Shown here one piece after another: positions 1 to 9,927 of a stretch of DNA of 64,000 nucleotides. A program made the position numbers and the translations under genes. A model generated the notes under the pieces. The model did not search any database and was not told the DNA's origin. It saw nothing but the letters and a program-made list of their open reading frames with translations. Source of the DNA: an uncultured Rubrivivax sp. (GTDB lineage Bacteria; Pseudomonadota; Gammaproteobacteria; Burkholderiales; Burkholderiaceae_C); contig CAYSQO010000001.1 in the NCBI GenBank assembly GCA_964433315.1, forward strand, positions 59,871 through 123,870, written 5' to 3'. Numbering within the stretch: position 1 is the first letter of the stretch; each line of letters begins with the position of its first letter.

Positions 1-1302
1 CTGCGCCACCCGGTGCTGCGCTTCGGCCGCCTGCACGCTGCGAGCGAGCGCGGCCAGCGCCTGGGCATCGTGCTCCACGGCGCGCAGCGCGTCGGCGACG
101 TTGCGCAGTGCGTCGAGCACCACGCGCTGATAGTTGGCCGTCGCGACATCGAGCGCCGCCTGCGCGGCGCGCCGCTCGGCCGGGAGGCCGGCGTTGAACA
201 GTGGCTGGCTCAGCTGGCCGACCACGTTCCACACCGCCGCCGCGCCGCCGAACAGCGCCGATGTCGTCAGCGCCTGGCTTCCCAGGCTGGCACTCAGGTT
301 GAGTTGCGGGTACTGGCGCGCGAAGGTCACCCCCAGTTCGGCGTGGGCCGCTCGCAACCCGGCTTCGGCAGCCAGGATGTCCGGCCGCCGACGAGCCCAC
401 TCTGACGGGACGGAGACGGGCAGGCGATCCGGCAAGCTGAACTCGGCCAGCGTGAAGGCGGGCACGCCCTGCGCCGGCGGTCGGCCTGCCAGAACGGCCA
501 GCAGGTGCTCGGCCTGCTGCATCTGCCTGTGCATCTGGGGCAGCCCGGCGCGGGTCAGTTCGGCCTGCGCGGTGAGTGCGCTCACCTCGTCGGGCGCGGC
601 CTGGCCCAGGCGGGTGCGCACCTCGGCCAGCCGGACCAGTTCTTCCTGCGCGCGCAGGATGGCCGTCTGGGCGTCGATCTGCGCGGACAGCCGTGCGCGC
701 GTGATCGCCGCGGTGGCCAGGTTGGCGGCCAGCGCATGGCGGGCCGCAGCCAGTTCGTGCTGGCGAATGTCGGCGCGCGCGCCCAGCGCCTGCAGGCCGC
801 TGTCGATGCCGCCGCCGAAGTCGAAGCGGTAGCGCACTCCGACGCTGGCGCTGTAGAGGCTGAACTCACGCGTGTCGCCCGGCAGGCCCTGGGCCGCGGG
901 GCTGATCTGCTGGCGCTGGGCGCCGAGGCCCAGGTCCACCTGCGGCAGCTGGGTCGAACCGGCCTGGGCGGCGTGCAGTTCGCGTGACTGGGCCAGTGCG
1001 GCCTGTGCTGCGGCAAGCGTGGGGCTGGCGCGCAGCGCGTCCTCGACCAGCGCGTCGAGGGCCGGCGATCGCAGCGTGCGCCACCACTGGGCGTCGACCG
1101 TACCGTCGACCACCTGCTGGGCATTGCCGAGCGGGCTGTCTGCTCTGGTGGTGGCCGTTGGCGTAGTGCCGGCCGTGAATCCCGTCACCTCCGGTATACG
1201 GGGCGGTTGATAGGGCGGCACTGCGGCACAGCCGGCCAGCAGCCAGGCAATGGCCGCCGGCACGAGCACAGCGCGAACATTCGGGTACGGGGAGATCGTC
1301 AT
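1..1302 (-). CDS. NodT/OprM-family outer-membrane efflux lipoprotein (3' end runs off window)
   Basis: Manual translation MTISPYPNVRAVLVPAAIAWLLAGC (lipobox LAGC) ... QWWRTLRSPALDALVEDALRASPTLAAAQAAL; follows the ABC efflux genes. Confidence 0.85.
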   Translation of the reverse strand, partial: MTISPYPNVRAVLVPAAIAWLLAGCAAVPPYQPPRIPEVTGFTAGTTPTATTRADSPLGNAQQVVDGTVDAQWWRTLRSPALDALVEDALRASPTLAAAQAALAQSRELHAAQAGSTQLPQVDLGLGAQRQQISPAAQGLPGDTREFSLYSASVGVRYRFDFGGGIDSGLQALGARADIRQHELAAARHALAANLATAAITRARLSAQIDAQTAILRAQEELVRLAEVRTRLGQAAPDEVSALTAQAELTRAGLPQMHRQMQQAEHLLAVLAGRPPAQGVPAFTLAEFSLPDRLPVSVPSEWARRRPDILAAEAGLRAAHAELGVTFARQYPQLNLSASLGSQALTTSALFGGAAAVWNVVGQLSQPLFNAGLPAERRAAQAALDVATANYQRVVLDALRNVADALRAVEHDAQALAALARSVQAAEAQHRVAQ

Positions 1303-1333
1303 GACCGGGTTCCTTGCAGATGTGCGTTCGAGG

Positions 1334-2050
1334 TCAGGCCAGCTCGATCGCGCGTCCTTCGCCAGCCTCTTCGTGCGTGACGCCGTCGCGGATGTGGTAG
1401 ATGCGCTTGAAGGTCGGGATGATTTTTTCGTCGTGGGTGACGACGATGATCGCGGTCTGGTAGCGCAGCGCCATGTCGTTGAGGATGCGGATCACCGCCA
1501 TCGCGCGTTCGCTGTCCAGCGGTGCGGTGGGCTCGTCGGCCAGGATCACCGGGGGGTGGTTGACCAGCCCGCGCGCGATGGCCACGCGCTGCTGTTCGCC
1601 GCCGGACAATTGCGATGGCATGGCCTTGGCGCGGTGCTGCACGTCCAGGGCGGTAAGCAGTTCCACCGCCCGTGCCCGGGCCTGCGCGTTGGGCATGCCG
1701 GCCAGCATGGGCAGCAGGGCCACGTTGTCGGTGACATCGAGGAAGGGGATCAGGTACGGCGCCTGGAAGACGAAGCCGATGCGATCACGCCGCAGTGCGC
1801 GCAGGTCCCTGACCTGCCAGCGCTCGTCATAGATCACCTCCTGGCCCAAGGTCATGCGCCCGGCGGTGGGGTCGATCACCGCGCCCAGGCATTTCAGCAG
1901 CGTGCTCTTGCCCGAACCCGACGGCCCGATCAGGCCGACAACCTCGCCGGGCGCAACCTTCATGTTGACGCCCTTGAGCGCGTCGACTGCGGTGTCGCCG
2001 CTGCCGTAGCGCTTGCGCAGGCCTTCGATGTGGATGCCTCGGTCTTGCAT
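1334..2050 (-). CDS. ABC transporter ATP-binding protein (LolD/MacB-like)
   Basis: Walker A GPSGSGKST, signature LSGGEQQR, Walker B ILADEPT, VTHD. Confidence 0.95.
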   Translation of the reverse strand: MQDRGIHIEGLRKRYGSGDTAVDALKGVNMKVAPGEVVGLIGPSGSGKSTLLKCLGAVIDPTAGRMTLGQEVIYDERWQVRDLRALRRDRIGFVFQAPYLIPFLDVTDNVALLPMLAGMPNAQARARAVELLTALDVQHRAKAMPSQLSGGEQQRVAIARGLVNHPPVILADEPTAPLDSERAMAVIRILNDMALRYQTAIIVVTHDEKIIPTFKRIYHIRDGVTHEEAGEGRAIELA

Positions 2051-2051
2051 C

Positions 2052-3257
2052 TCAACCTCCGATGGCTTCAGCGGGGTCGACCCGCAGGGCCATGCGGATC
2101 GCGATCACACTGGCCAGTGCGCAGATCACCAGCACCGCGCCGAACCCGAGCACCGAGTCCAGCGGCATCAGCAGCACGTACTTGGGGAACAGCGGCGCGG
2201 CGAAGGTGGCGGTGATCTTGCCCACCGCAAAGCCGATCACCCCGAGCGCCAGCGCCTGCTGCAGGATCATCCAGGCGATGGTGCTGTTGCGCGTGCCGAT
2301 GAGCTTGAGCACCGCGATCTCGCGGATCTTGTCCATCGTGAGCGTGTAGATGATGAAGGCCACGATGGCCGCACTCACGGCGGCCAGGATGACGAGGAAC
2401 ATGCCGATCTGCTTGGCCGAGGTGGCAATGAGCTTGCCGATCAGGATGTCCTCCATGTCGGCGCGCGTATAGACGGTGAGCCGCCTCCAGCGGCGCACCG
2501 ACTCGGCCACCTCGTCGGGGTCGGCGCCGGGGCGCAAGCGCACCAGCACGGCATTGACGGTGTTGCTGCTGGTCTGCGACGCGTTGATGGCGGGCAGCAG
2601 CCCGGGCACACCGGGCCGGTTGAAGGCCGGGTTGGCCGCCGTGCGCGCGCGGTTCTGCACGATGGCGTCGTTGTCCTTGAGGAACTGCGCTTCCTGCGCG
2701 TCGCGCAGCGGGATGAAGACCATCGGGTCGCCGCTGGACGACACCATGCGGCGCGTCAGCCCGACGACGGTGTACTCGTTGCGACGGATGCGCACCGTGT
2801 CACCGAGCCCGAAACCCGTGGCGATGTCGGCCATGGCCTCATAGTGGCCGCGCGTGACGCGCCGTCCGGCCACCAGCGCGGGCGGCCAGCCTGGGGACCC
2901 CCAGGCCTCGCCGGGCACGATGCCGACCACCATGGCCCGCACGTCGCGCCCGCCCTGGCGCACCTGCATCGTGAGGTAGGTGACGTTGGCTGCCTCGGCC
3001 ACGCCGGGCATGGTGAGCAGCGCGCGCTCGGTGTCATCGGCGATGCTCGAAGGTTCGGCGTAGGGCCCGAGCGTGTCTCGCTGCACCACCCACAGGTCGG
3101 CGCCGCTGTTGTCGAGCAAGGCCTTGCCGTCGTCGACCATGCCGCGGTAGACGCCTGCCATCACCAGCGTCACGCCCAGGAGCAGCCCCAGGCCCAGGCC
3201 GGTGAAGACGAACTTGCCCCAGGCGTGGGCGATGTCGCGACCGGCCAGGCTGATCAC
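2052..3257 (-). CDS. ABC transporter permease (FtsX/MacB-like)
   Basis: GTG start overlapping the upstream stop; ISLAGRDIAHAWGKF, ADLWVVQ, REIAVLKLIG, four-TM layout. Confidence 0.9.
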   Translation of the reverse strand: MISLAGRDIAHAWGKFVFTGLGLGLLLGVTLVMAGVYRGMVDDGKALLDNSGADLWVVQRDTLGPYAEPSSIADDTERALLTMPGVAEAANVTYLTMQVRQGGRDVRAMVVGIVPGEAWGSPGWPPALVAGRRVTRGHYEAMADIATGFGLGDTVRIRRNEYTVVGLTRRMVSSSGDPMVFIPLRDAQEAQFLKDNDAIVQNRARTAANPAFNRPGVPGLLPAINASQTSSNTVNAVLVRLRPGADPDEVAESVRRWRRLTVYTRADMEDILIGKLIATSAKQIGMFLVILAAVSAAIVAFIIYTLTMDKIREIAVLKLIGTRNSTIAWMILQQALALGVIGFAVGKITATFAAPLFPKYVLLMPLDSVLGFGAVLVICALASVIAIRMALRVDPAEAIGG

Positions 3258-4405
3258 GGCGCGACCCCGGGAATGTGGTCGACCACCTGGATCCGCGAGC
3301 GCGCGGTGAGCGGCTTCTCGCTGTGCAGCACGATGGCGTCGCCGGCTTTCAGGCCTTGGAGCACCTGCACCTGGCCGTCGAGATCGGCGCGGCCGAGCTT
3401 GACCGACACGAAAGTGAGGCTGTCGCCTTGGGTGGTCCAGACGCCCAACTGCTGGCCTTGCCGCTGCACTGCGGCATTGGGAATCACCGGCCCTGCGGGC
3501 AGCGCAGGCAGGTCGACCGTGACCTCGGCACGTTCGCCGATCGGAGGCAACTGCAGCGGCACGGCGCTGAAGGCGACCTTGGCCAGCAGTTCCTCGGTCA
3601 CGGCATCCGCGCGCAGTTCGGTGCGCAGCACTTCGCCGTCCAAGGTCTGGCCGCGGCGCGAGCGCAAGGCCACGCGTGCCGGCTGCGCAGCCGCCAAGCC
3701 GCCGGCGCTGACCTGGTCGAAACGGGTGTTGACCCACAGAGACTTCGGATCGACGAGCTCGACGACCGCTTGGCCCGCCACCACGGTGGTGCCGGGCTCG
3801 ACGTCGCGCGAAGTGACAACGCCTGCCGCCGGCGCCACCAGACGCAGGCTGCTGCGCTGCGCGCGCAGCGCCTGCAGGTCGGACTGGGCCCGGGACTGAT
3901 CCTCACGCACGGCGGCCAGTGCGGCGGATGCGAGCTGCAAATCCTGGCGGCGGGCGGCGAGCAGTTCCTCGCTCGTGGCCCTTTCGGCAAACAACTGTTC
4001 ATAGCGGCGCGCCTGTGTCTCGGCGTAGGCGTGGCGCGCCGTCGCATCGGCCAGGGTCGCGGCGGTGCGCTTGACGACGGATTCCTGCGAGCGCAGGCGG
4101 TCGTCGCTGTCAACTGGGTCCATCTCTCCGAGCACCTGGCCGGCCTTGACGGTGTCGCCCACCTCCACGCCCAGGCGCAGCAGCCGACCTGGGGCCGTTG
4201 GGCCGATGCGGTAGAGCTGTCGTGCCTCGACGTTGCCGACGCCGAACAGTGCCGGACGCAGAGTGCGCGTCTCAACCTTGACCACCGTGACGGCCACGGG
4301 GGCGAGTGGCCCGGAGCGCAGGGCGACGTAGCCGAGCAGTGCGGCCAACCCGACGAGAACGGCCACGATGGCCAACGTACGGCGGCTGATGGGTAGACGG
4401 CTCAT
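3254..4405 (-). CDS. Efflux RND/ABC periplasmic adaptor (membrane fusion protein)
   Basis: N-terminal TM, lipoyl half-motifs VEVGDTVKAGQVL and LVAPAAGVV, C-terminal VLQGLKAGD. Confidence 0.9.
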   Translation of the reverse strand: MSRLPISRRTLAIVAVLVGLAALLGYVALRSGPLAPVAVTVVKVETRTLRPALFGVGNVEARQLYRIGPTAPGRLLRLGVEVGDTVKAGQVLGEMDPVDSDDRLRSQESVVKRTAATLADATARHAYAETQARRYEQLFAERATSEELLAARRQDLQLASAALAAVREDQSRAQSDLQALRAQRSSLRLVAPAAGVVTSRDVEPGTTVVAGQAVVELVDPKSLWVNTRFDQVSAGGLAAAQPARVALRSRRGQTLDGEVLRTELRADAVTEELLAKVAFSAVPLQLPPIGERAEVTVDLPALPAGPVIPNAAVQRQGQQLGVWTTQGDSLTFVSVKLGRADLDGQVQVLQGLKAGDAIVLHSEKPLTARSRIQVVDHIPGVAP

Positions 4406-5013
4406 GTCTGTCCTTGGGTGATGCCGCGCAGGAAGATGACGAAGACGCGGGGCGCATCGCGGCGGATGCGGTGCACATCGCCAGCGATCAGGGCCTGCAT
4501 GACCAGGCCCTGGATCGTCCCGACGAACAGGGTGGAGGCGGCCTCGACATCCAGGCCTGGGTTGAACTCGCCTGCGTCGCGACCGCGTTCGAGAATGACG
4601 CGCAGCCGCTCGGCGTACAGGCGCAGCAGCGTGGCCGCCACCCGCTTGGGTGCCGTGGAGCCGGCGCGCTGAAGCTCGCCGAACATCATCCGGGGCACGC
4701 CGGGGTGTTCGGCAACAAAGCCGGTGTGGGCCAGAAACATCGCCTCGAGTGCGGCGGCCGAGGTCGCAGCGGCTTGCGCCGCGCGATCGACCCGGTTCAG
4801 CAGGCGGTCGGCCACCCAGGTCATCACCGCTTCGAGAATGGCGTCCTTGGTGGGGAAGTGCTTGAACAGGGCACCCTGTGTCACGCCCATGTGCTGGGCG
4901 ATCGCCGTGGTCGTGATCTCGCCGGGATCATGCCCGGCTGCCAGTTCGATCACTGCTTCCACGGTCGCCGCTCGGCGCTCTTCGGCAGGCAGGTGTTTGG
5001 TTCGAATGTTCAC
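4402..5013 (-). CDS. TetR/AcrR family regulator
   Basis: HTH TTTAIAQHMGVTQGALFKHFPTKDAI. Confidence 0.93.
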   Translation of the reverse strand: MNIRTKHLPAEERRAATVEAVIELAAGHDPGEITTTAIAQHMGVTQGALFKHFPTKDAILEAVMTWVADRLLNRVDRAAQAAATSAAALEAMFLAHTGFVAEHPGVPRMMFGELQRAGSTAPKRVAATLLRLYAERLRVILERGRDAGEFNPGLDVEAASTLFVGTIQGLVMQALIAGDVHRIRRDAPRVFVIFLRGITQGQT

Positions 5014-5044
5014 GGGTTCAGGAGTGTCGAGAGAGGATAGTAGC

Positions 5045-5060
5045 TAGTAACTTATTACTA
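5045..5060. promoter_or_regulatory. Candidate TetR operator palindrome TAGTAA-ctta-TTACTA
   Basis: AT-rich inverted repeat ~30 bp upstream of the tetR start. Confidence 0.55.
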
Positions 5061-5432
5061 TCCTAGTCCAGACTCTCATACCCGTCAAGGTATCGACGAC
5101 ATCGGCTCACTCCGTGCGTCCGAACCGGGGTCTCGCTGAAGCCGATCCGCCTTCGGAGGCGGAATACGCGCAGGCAGCCTTTGCGTTGGGCTGGCCAGCG
5201 CCCTGGGCATCCGCGCCATGCGGACCCCGCCGGCAGCCGACGTCGTGGCCGACACCAACACAGGCATCGTGCTGGCGACCGCCACGGCGCTGCTTGTGTC
5301 CTGCGAGCGCAGGCAGTAGCAGCAGCGCGCTGCGGTTGCCGGCGCGGTGTGTGCCGGATTCGGGTTCATCGGGGACTGGCGGACGCTTTGAGGCTGAGGC
5401 GGCTCGCCTTCAGCAACGCCGCGGAGCCAGGC

Positions 5433-6359
5433 TCACATGTCGTGCTGCCCTTGGTCGGCCCTGCGCCAATCGCGCGGCGCCACACCGTAGCGCTGCTTGA
5501 AGGCCTTGGACAACGCCGTGGCGCTGCCGTATCCCACCGCGTCTGCCACGGCCTTGAGCAGACCGCCCGCGCGCAGCTCGGACATGGCCAGGGTCAGTCG
5601 CCAGTCTGCGAGGTAGCCCGCTGGCGTGGCGCCGGTGGCCTGCTTGAAGGCCACGGCAAACGCCGTACGCGACATGCCGGCCTGCACCGCCATGCGCTCC
5701 AGCGGCCACTCCTCGGCGGGCGCCGCGTGCAGCGCGACGAGCAGCCTGGCCAGACGGGGATCAGCCAGCCCTGTGATGAGGCCGCTACCGACGCCGCTCG
5801 CACCCGGGTGGTCGATCAGCCAGCGCAGCAGTTGGATCAGCACGACCTCGAACAAGCGGTCGGCCAGCAGTCGCGAGCCGCAGCGCACGCGGTCGGTCTC
5901 GGCGAACAGCAGGTCGAGCGCGGGCTGCAGGCCATCGACCTGATCCAGCGGGACGAGCACCAGGGCTGGCAGCGCCACCACCAGCGGGTTGTGCTCGGCA
6001 CCATCGAAGTCGAGCGTGGCACACGTGAAATCCGATCCGTCGCGCGGCGGGTTGTGGAAGGTGTGCGCCACCGGCCGGGGGTAGAGCATCAGCGTCGGCT
6101 CGTTCACGACGACGCGGCGTTTCAGGCCTTTGACATTGCCGTGCGTCACCACCAACTCGCCCCGGCGCAGCACATGCAGGAAGGCGCGGCCCGGCTTCGC
6201 GTCGAAGGCGGTCGTGCCGCACAGGGCGCCGGCATGGAACAGGTGGGCCCGGACGCGGAAACGATCCAGCAGACCGGAAAGTCGATCAATGGTGGGGGGC
6301 AGGGTCGCTGCCTCCGGTTTGAACGATGGATGGTGTTTTGAGTACTCCACAGCATCCAT
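5433..6359 (-). CDS. AraC family regulator with N-terminal cupin
   Basis: DRLSGLL...FLHVLRRG cupin; HTH LERMAVQAGMSRTAFAVAFK and VGYGSATALSKAFK; start uncertain. Confidence 0.9.
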   Translation of the reverse strand: MDAVEYSKHHPSFKPEAATLPPTIDRLSGLLDRFRVRAHLFHAGALCGTTAFDAKPGRAFLHVLRRGELVVTHGNVKGLKRRVVVNEPTLMLYPRPVAHTFHNPPRDGSDFTCATLDFDGAEHNPLVVALPALVLVPLDQVDGLQPALDLLFAETDRVRCGSRLLADRLFEVVLIQLLRWLIDHPGASGVGSGLITGLADPRLARLLVALHAAPAEEWPLERMAVQAGMSRTAFAVAFKQATGATPAGYLADWRLTLAMSELRAGGLLKAVADAVGYGSATALSKAFKQRYGVAPRDWRRADQGQHDM

Positions 6360-6448
6360 GGTACAGATGATGGGGACACACTGGGTGCGTTGCGCATTCA
6401 CATCCGGGTCGGCGGACCCGTTCCAACCCAAGACACCAGGAGTTGTTC

Positions 6449-7108
6449 ATGAAGATGCTGAAACTGCTGATTGCCGCCAACACGCTCGGTGTGGTGGCGG
6501 ATGCCGGCGCGGCAGCGCCGCAAGGCCGTGCACCCGGCTACGCGCTGGGCCAGCCGACGCTGGCCCGCGCTCCTTACTCGATGGCCGACCTGGCGGCGCT
6601 GCAGAAGTCGATGCTGTTTGGCGCCGACGACGTGGCCGCGCTGCGCCAGAGCAAAGCCATCCTGGCCGATCAGACCGAGGCCATCCTCGATGTCTGGTAC
6701 GGCTTCGTGGCCTCGACGCCCGAACTGGTGGTGTTCTTCGGCGACACGCGCAGCGGCCAGCCGGACGGCGCCTACCTGGCCGCCGTCCGCAAGCGCTTTG
6801 CGCTGTGGATCCTGGACACCGCCGACGCGAAGTACGACCAGGCTTGGCTGGACTGGCAGTACGAGATTGGCCTGCGCCACAACCGGGTCAAGAAGAACAA
6901 GACCGACGGTGCCCATGGCCCCGCACAAGTGGACTTTCGCTACCTGCCGGCGCTGACCATTCCCATCACCACGACGCTGAAGCCGTTCCTGGCCAAGACG
7001 GGGGCCTCAGCGGCGGACGTCGAGAAGATGCACGCGGCGTGGGTGAAGGCCGTGCTGTTGCAGGCCATCCTGTGGAGCCACCCCTACATCAAGGACGGGG
7101 AGTTCTGA
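6449..7108 (+). CDS. Protoglobin-domain protein
   Basis: AGGAG RBS; PGYALG, ILDVWYGFV, YDQAWLDWQYEIGLRH, KKNKTD, MHAAWVKAV resemble protoglobins. Confidence 0.85.
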   Translation: MKMLKLLIAANTLGVVADAGAAAPQGRAPGYALGQPTLARAPYSMADLAALQKSMLFGADDVAALRQSKAILADQTEAILDVWYGFVASTPELVVFFGDTRSGQPDGAYLAAVRKRFALWILDTADAKYDQAWLDWQYEIGLRHNRVKKNKTDGAHGPAQVDFRYLPALTIPITTTLKPFLAKTGASAADVEKMHAAWVKAVLLQAILWSHPYIKDGEF

Positions 7109-7707
7109 TGCCGTCGCCTGCAACGCCGGGGCGTGCGGGCTCCCCGTCGCCAGCCGGGCAGGCAACCAGCCTGCCAGGGTGGCAGGCCTCGCACTGGTTC
7201 AACACCCCGACGCCGATCGAACTGGAGGACCTGCGAGGGCGAGTCGTGCCGGTCCATGCGTTCCAAATGCTGTGCCCGGCATGTGTGTCGCACGGTCTTC
7301 CCCAGGCGCTGCGTGTACATGACGCGTTTCAGGGCGAGGCAGTGATGGTCCTCGGGCTGCACACGGTGTTCGAGCATCACGAGGTGATGGGATCACAGGC
7401 CTTGCAGGCCTTCATCCAGGAATACCGGTTGCCATTCCCGATCGGCATCGATGAAGCCGCCGAGGCGGGGCCGCTGCCTGTCTCCATGGCGCAGTGGGGC
7501 CTTCGTGGCACGCCGAGTGTCGTGCTGTTCGATCGGCAGGGCCGCGCGCGGCTGCATCGATTCGGGGTTGTCGATGATGTGGTTCTGGGGGCTGCGATTG
7601 GGCAGTTGCTGGCGGAAGGAGATGCAGTTGAGACCTCGGGATGCGGAGATCGACCATGGACGGTCGCCAAGCCTCCGGGGCGTGATGGCCCAGGGTGTGC
7701 AATCTGA
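7108..7707 (+). CDS. Redoxin/TlpA-like thioredoxin-fold protein
   Basis: HAFQMLCPACV (CxxC), GLHTVFEHH, LRGTPS cis-Pro loop; start overlaps the protoglobin stop. Confidence 0.85.
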   Translation: MPSPATPGRAGSPSPAGQATSLPGWQASHWFNTPTPIELEDLRGRVVPVHAFQMLCPACVSHGLPQALRVHDAFQGEAVMVLGLHTVFEHHEVMGSQALQAFIQEYRLPFPIGIDEAAEAGPLPVSMAQWGLRGTPSVVLFDRQGRARLHRFGVVDDVVLGAAIGQLLAEGDAVETSGCGDRPWTVAKPPGRDGPGCAI

Positions 7708-7814
7708 CGCCGCAGGTGTGATCGCATGGCTTCGTGAGTCTCAAAGAAGAGAGGCGCCGGCCCCATCCCTGGCGGGAAACGAGCGCGGCGCCGAGTCCTA
7801 ACTGCAGCTTGGTT

Positions 7815-8126
7815 TCAGCCGGCCATCAGTGTGTCCGATGGGCCTTCAGCGAAGTGGCGGACGATGCGGTTGCCAGCGCGTCGACGGCCATCGTCCTCGA
7901 CCTCGTCGACCAACTGCGCAGGCAGTCGAAGGCCGAGTTCTGGGACCTTGGCGCGCAAGGTCGCGATGTCCGTCCAGTCCAGCAGGGGCTCCTGCAGGCT
8001 GGTGTAGAGCATGTCGCTTCGCTCGTCGATGATCTGGAGAAAGTAGTCCCCCAGGCGTCGATCGAAGCCGGCCACGATCTCGACGGGGTGTCCGTCGAGC
8101 GTCGCCGTCGCGAGGTGCTGGCTCAT
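7815..8126 (-). CDS. Hypothetical mobile-element protein
   Basis: 103-aa ORF, ATGA-coupled to the upstream gene. Confidence 0.65.
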   Translation of the reverse strand: MSQHLATATLDGHPVEIVAGFDRRLGDYFLQIIDERSDMLYTSLQEPLLDWTDIATLRAKVPELGLRLPAQLVDEVEDDGRRRAGNRIVRHFAEGPSDTLMAG

Positions 8127-8431
8127 GGTCCGGGCTCCGCGCTGTCGAACACAGGCAGCCCGTCGATGACGGCCGCCTCGCGATCGAACATCAGCCAGGC
8201 CACGCCGGCGGATTCGGCCACCTCGAACAGCATGGCCAGGTCGGGCTCCGACGGCACGCGGTACTTCGGTGCCCCGACATAGACGAACCCGCCGCAGTCG
8301 GTCGGGTAGGCGTTCACGGACAGATCGTCATCGGCGAGCTTGTTGCGCGTTGCCGAACTCAGATGCTTCAGGGACAGGCTGGCCAGCATCTCGGCCTGCT
8401 GTCGCAGGCCGGTGGCGGGCAGGGTATGCAT
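8123..8431 (-). CDS. Small ICE hypothetical protein (DUF5983-like)
   Basis: LSLKHLS...GVAWLMFDREAAVIDGLPVFD pattern; strong GAGGAGG RBS. Confidence 0.65.
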   Translation of the reverse strand: MHTLPATGLRQQAEMLASLSLKHLSSATRNKLADDDLSVNAYPTDCGGFVYVGAPKYRVPSEPDLAMLFEVAESAGVAWLMFDREAAVIDGLPVFDSAEPGP

Positions 8432-8645
8432 CGTGGATTCCTCCTCGGGATGAACTCGGAGATGTGGGGGATTCGGTCGCCCGCGTCACGGTCGAGGGCG
8501 CACCGAGCGTGCGCTTCGATCGTCCGGCGCGGGCGAACGTCATGCCGCAGTCGCGGCAGCGGAACCAGTGCAGGCGACCGAGCGCGCCCAGGGGCACGCC
8601 GTGGCCGGCACAGCAGGGGCAGGTCGGGGGTCTTCTCTCCGACAT
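8328..8645 (-). CDS. Small zinc-ribbon protein
   Basis: CPCC...LGALGRLHWFRCRDCG with AAGGA RBS; the 3' part overlaps the next gene, so the end is uncertain. Confidence 0.45.
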   Translation of the reverse strand: MSERRPPTCPCCAGHGVPLGALGRLHWFRCRDCGMTFARAGRSKRTLGAPSTVTRATESPTSPSSSRGGIHDAYPARHRPATAGRDAGQPVPEASEFGNAQQARR

Positions 8646-8744
8646 GGGCATCCTTGGTTGGGGTGGGATCGGCGGGAGGGGCGCCGCCTCGGCGGCGCCC
8701 TTCTCGCGGCTGGGTCGTGCAGGGCGTGACTGCCGCACATGGCG

Positions 8745-9377
8745 TCAGAGCAGTCCGCGCTCCGCGAAGCTGACGCACTGGTCGCCGGCGACGACGAAGT
8801 GGTCGATCAGGCGGATGTCTACCAGCGCCAGCGCCGACTTCAGCGTCTGCGTCAGGAACTCGTCCGCGCGGCTCGGCTCGGCCTGGCCGCTCGGGTGGTT
8901 GTGGGCCACCGCGATCGCGGCGGCGTTGCGGGCCAGGGCGCTCTTGACCAGTTCCCGCGGGTATACCGACGTCTGGGTGAGCGTGCCGCGGAACACCTCC
9001 TCGTGGGCGATCAGCCGGTGGTTGGCATCCAGGTAGAGCGCGAGGAAGACCTCGTGCTGCAGGCCTGCGCAGCGCAGTCGCAGCCAGTCCCGAAGGACCT
9101 GGGGCGACGACATCACCGGCCCCTGCGCCATCCGGTCACGCAGCTCGCGCATCAGCAGCTCCCGGGCGACACGGAGTCGGCGCGTCAGGAGCTGCTGCGT
9201 GGCCGGGTCCTCGTGGGGCGTCTCCCGGTCGCTGACGCGCAGCGCGGCCGGCGTCGGGCCTGGCAATGGGTGGGCCTGCAGGCCCAGCATCTCTGCCACC
9301 AGGGCCTCCCGAGACGCATGGGCGGCATCGGGCAGGTCCGGCAGATCTTGAAGGCCCTGGAAAGGGTGGAAGTTCAT
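8745..9377 (-). CDS. radC: RadC/JAB-domain protein
   Basis: [39 protein letters not shown]. Confidence 0.93.
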   Translation of the reverse strand: MNFHPFQGLQDLPDLPDAAHASREALVAEMLGLQAHPLPGPTPAALRVSDRETPHEDPATQQLLTRRLRVARELLMRELRDRMAQGPVMSSPQVLRDWLRLRCAGLQHEVFLALYLDANHRLIAHEEVFRGTLTQTSVYPRELVKSALARNAAAIAVAHNHPSGQAEPSRADEFLTQTLKSALALVDIRLIDHFVVAGDQCVSFAERGLL

Positions 9378-9507
9378 GGCGTTCTCCTCTCGTGGCGAAA
9401 AGGAAGACGGGAACGCCGTTCCCGGTGGGGACTGGTGTCCCCGCAAGGGAAGGATGTGCAGACACACGACGGAACGTGGCCGGCACGGTGGCTCAGATGA
9501 TCATCCG

Positions 9508-9530
9508 AGGCAGGTAACGACTGCGACGCC
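9508..9530. repeat. 23-bp dispersed motif copy 1 (AGGCAGGTAACGACTGCGACGCC)
   Basis: Identical to 12743-12765 and 29848-29870. Confidence 0.9.
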
Positions 9531-9927
9531 GCTGCCGCCGGTTCGGTCGGCATCGGAAACACTCCTGTCGGGAGTGGGTGTGAGCCCGGCAAGTCTGCGC
9601 CATCGGCGCCGTGGATTCAACCGGGGTGGTGCCAGCGACAGAGCCTTTGCCGCGCTTGCCCGCGCAAAGGGCGCCAGGGTCCGTGCCTTGGTCGGGCATC
9701 GGTACGCGGGGAGGTGGCACGGTTCGCGTGACCGCACTGCGCGTGGCCGCGCCGTTGTGGCTGGGCCACGGCCTGCGCGGATGTCTTGGCGGGCAGACTG
9801 CAAAAGTGACACCGCAGAGGCACTACGCTGTCACTGCAGAAATTTCTTCGTCGCGGGCCGCAGTGGATGTGCACAGACCTGCGCGGGCACGCGAAGATGC
9901 GCGGCTTCCCGACAAGGCCGACCCGAC

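Noticed and set aside
5085-5369. 94-aa ORF between tetR and araC
   Set aside because: No recognisable domain; cannot be supported as coding
6130-7107. 525-aa ORF as an N-terminally extended redoxin
   Set aside because: The upstream part overlaps araC and protoglobin in another frame; the real start is at 7108
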